DNA from: an uncultured delta proteobacterium
Lineage (GTDB): Bacteria; Myxococcota_A; Polyangia; Fen-1088
Direction: 5' to 3'
Length of the DNA stretch: 64,000 bases
Assembly: GCA_963737265.1 (NCBI GenBank)
Contig: CAVTRY010000022.1
Span: forward strand, 192,001-256,000
Part shown: piece by piece, positions 63,486 to 64,000 of the stretch
Layout: each line of letters begins with the position of its first letter
How positions within the stretch are numbered: position 1 is the stretch's first letter
Notes under the pieces: model-generated
What the model was told of the DNA's origin: nothing
Databases searched by the model: none
The model's input: only the letters and a program-made list of their open reading frames with translations
Translations under genes and position numbers: made by a program

Positions 63486-63521
63486 AAAAACGCGGGAAGA
63501 AGTGTGAGCCTCTTCCCGCGT
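63486..63521 (-). terminator. Rho-independent terminator of the rRNA operon
   Basis: Minus strand ACGCGGGAAGA-loop-TCTTCCCGCGT followed by a T run. Confidence 0.8.
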
Positions 63522-63562
63522 AGCAGGGTTTGGAAACCCTCTTAGGGTTCCCATTAAAATAA

Positions 63563-63679
63563 TCCCGGCGGCGACCTACTCTCCCACAGAGTTTCCCCTG
63601 CAGTACCATGGGCCCTGGAGGACTTAACTTCCGAGTTCGAGATGGGATCGGGTGTGGCCCCTCCGGTATGGCCGCCGGA
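63563..63679 (-). rRNA. rrf: 5S ribosomal RNA
   Basis: Reverse complement contains CACCCGATCCCATCTCGAACTCGGAAGTTAAG and GGGAGAGTAGGTCGCCGCCGG; ~117 nt. Confidence 0.97.
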
Positions 63680-63832
63680 AATCTTTTGGTGTCTTGAGCG
63701 AAACGAACTTCGATTATTGAGCTCTTGCCCACAATCCAGGTCGTGCTCGTTCACCGAGCTTCGACCTCGACCTATTGAGACGACAGTCTGCGCCCGCTCT
63801 GAGCTGTTGCCCAGAGCAGCGAAATTAATGGC

Positions 63833-64000
<168 letters not shown>

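Overview
GC-rich bacterial chromosome segment, most consistent with a Myxococcota/Polyangia-like deltaproteobacterium (MXAN_5808-type S41 peptidase, myxobacterial-type hypothetical proteins; taxonomy is inference). It is mostly core genes (xfp, comM, recA, amt, hisD, proA, rsmI, uvrD, hslUV, xerC, topA, dprA, hemC, trxA, tonB-exbBD, truD, bamD, mpl, tyrS) and ends in a 5S rRNA plus the 3' end of a 23S rRNA. Five single-base +1 frameshifts in four otherwise intact genes look like long-read errors. The most unusual structure is a GxxExxY nuclease gene enclosed in a ~50-60 bp inverted repeat, sitting exactly between the comM stop codon and the recA RBS, with an internally deleted second copy just downstream of recA. 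Other candidates: an EXPERA/SDR/DUF1295 sterol-type operon, an XPB-Bax1(DUF790) pair, a DUF2844-DUF3443 pair with aspartic-protease motifs, an isolated SctV/FlhA next to a small AT-hook/zinc-finger protein, an Mpl-GNAT fusion, and recurrent leaderless-type -10 boxes. All family assignments come from motif recognition by eye; no searches were run.
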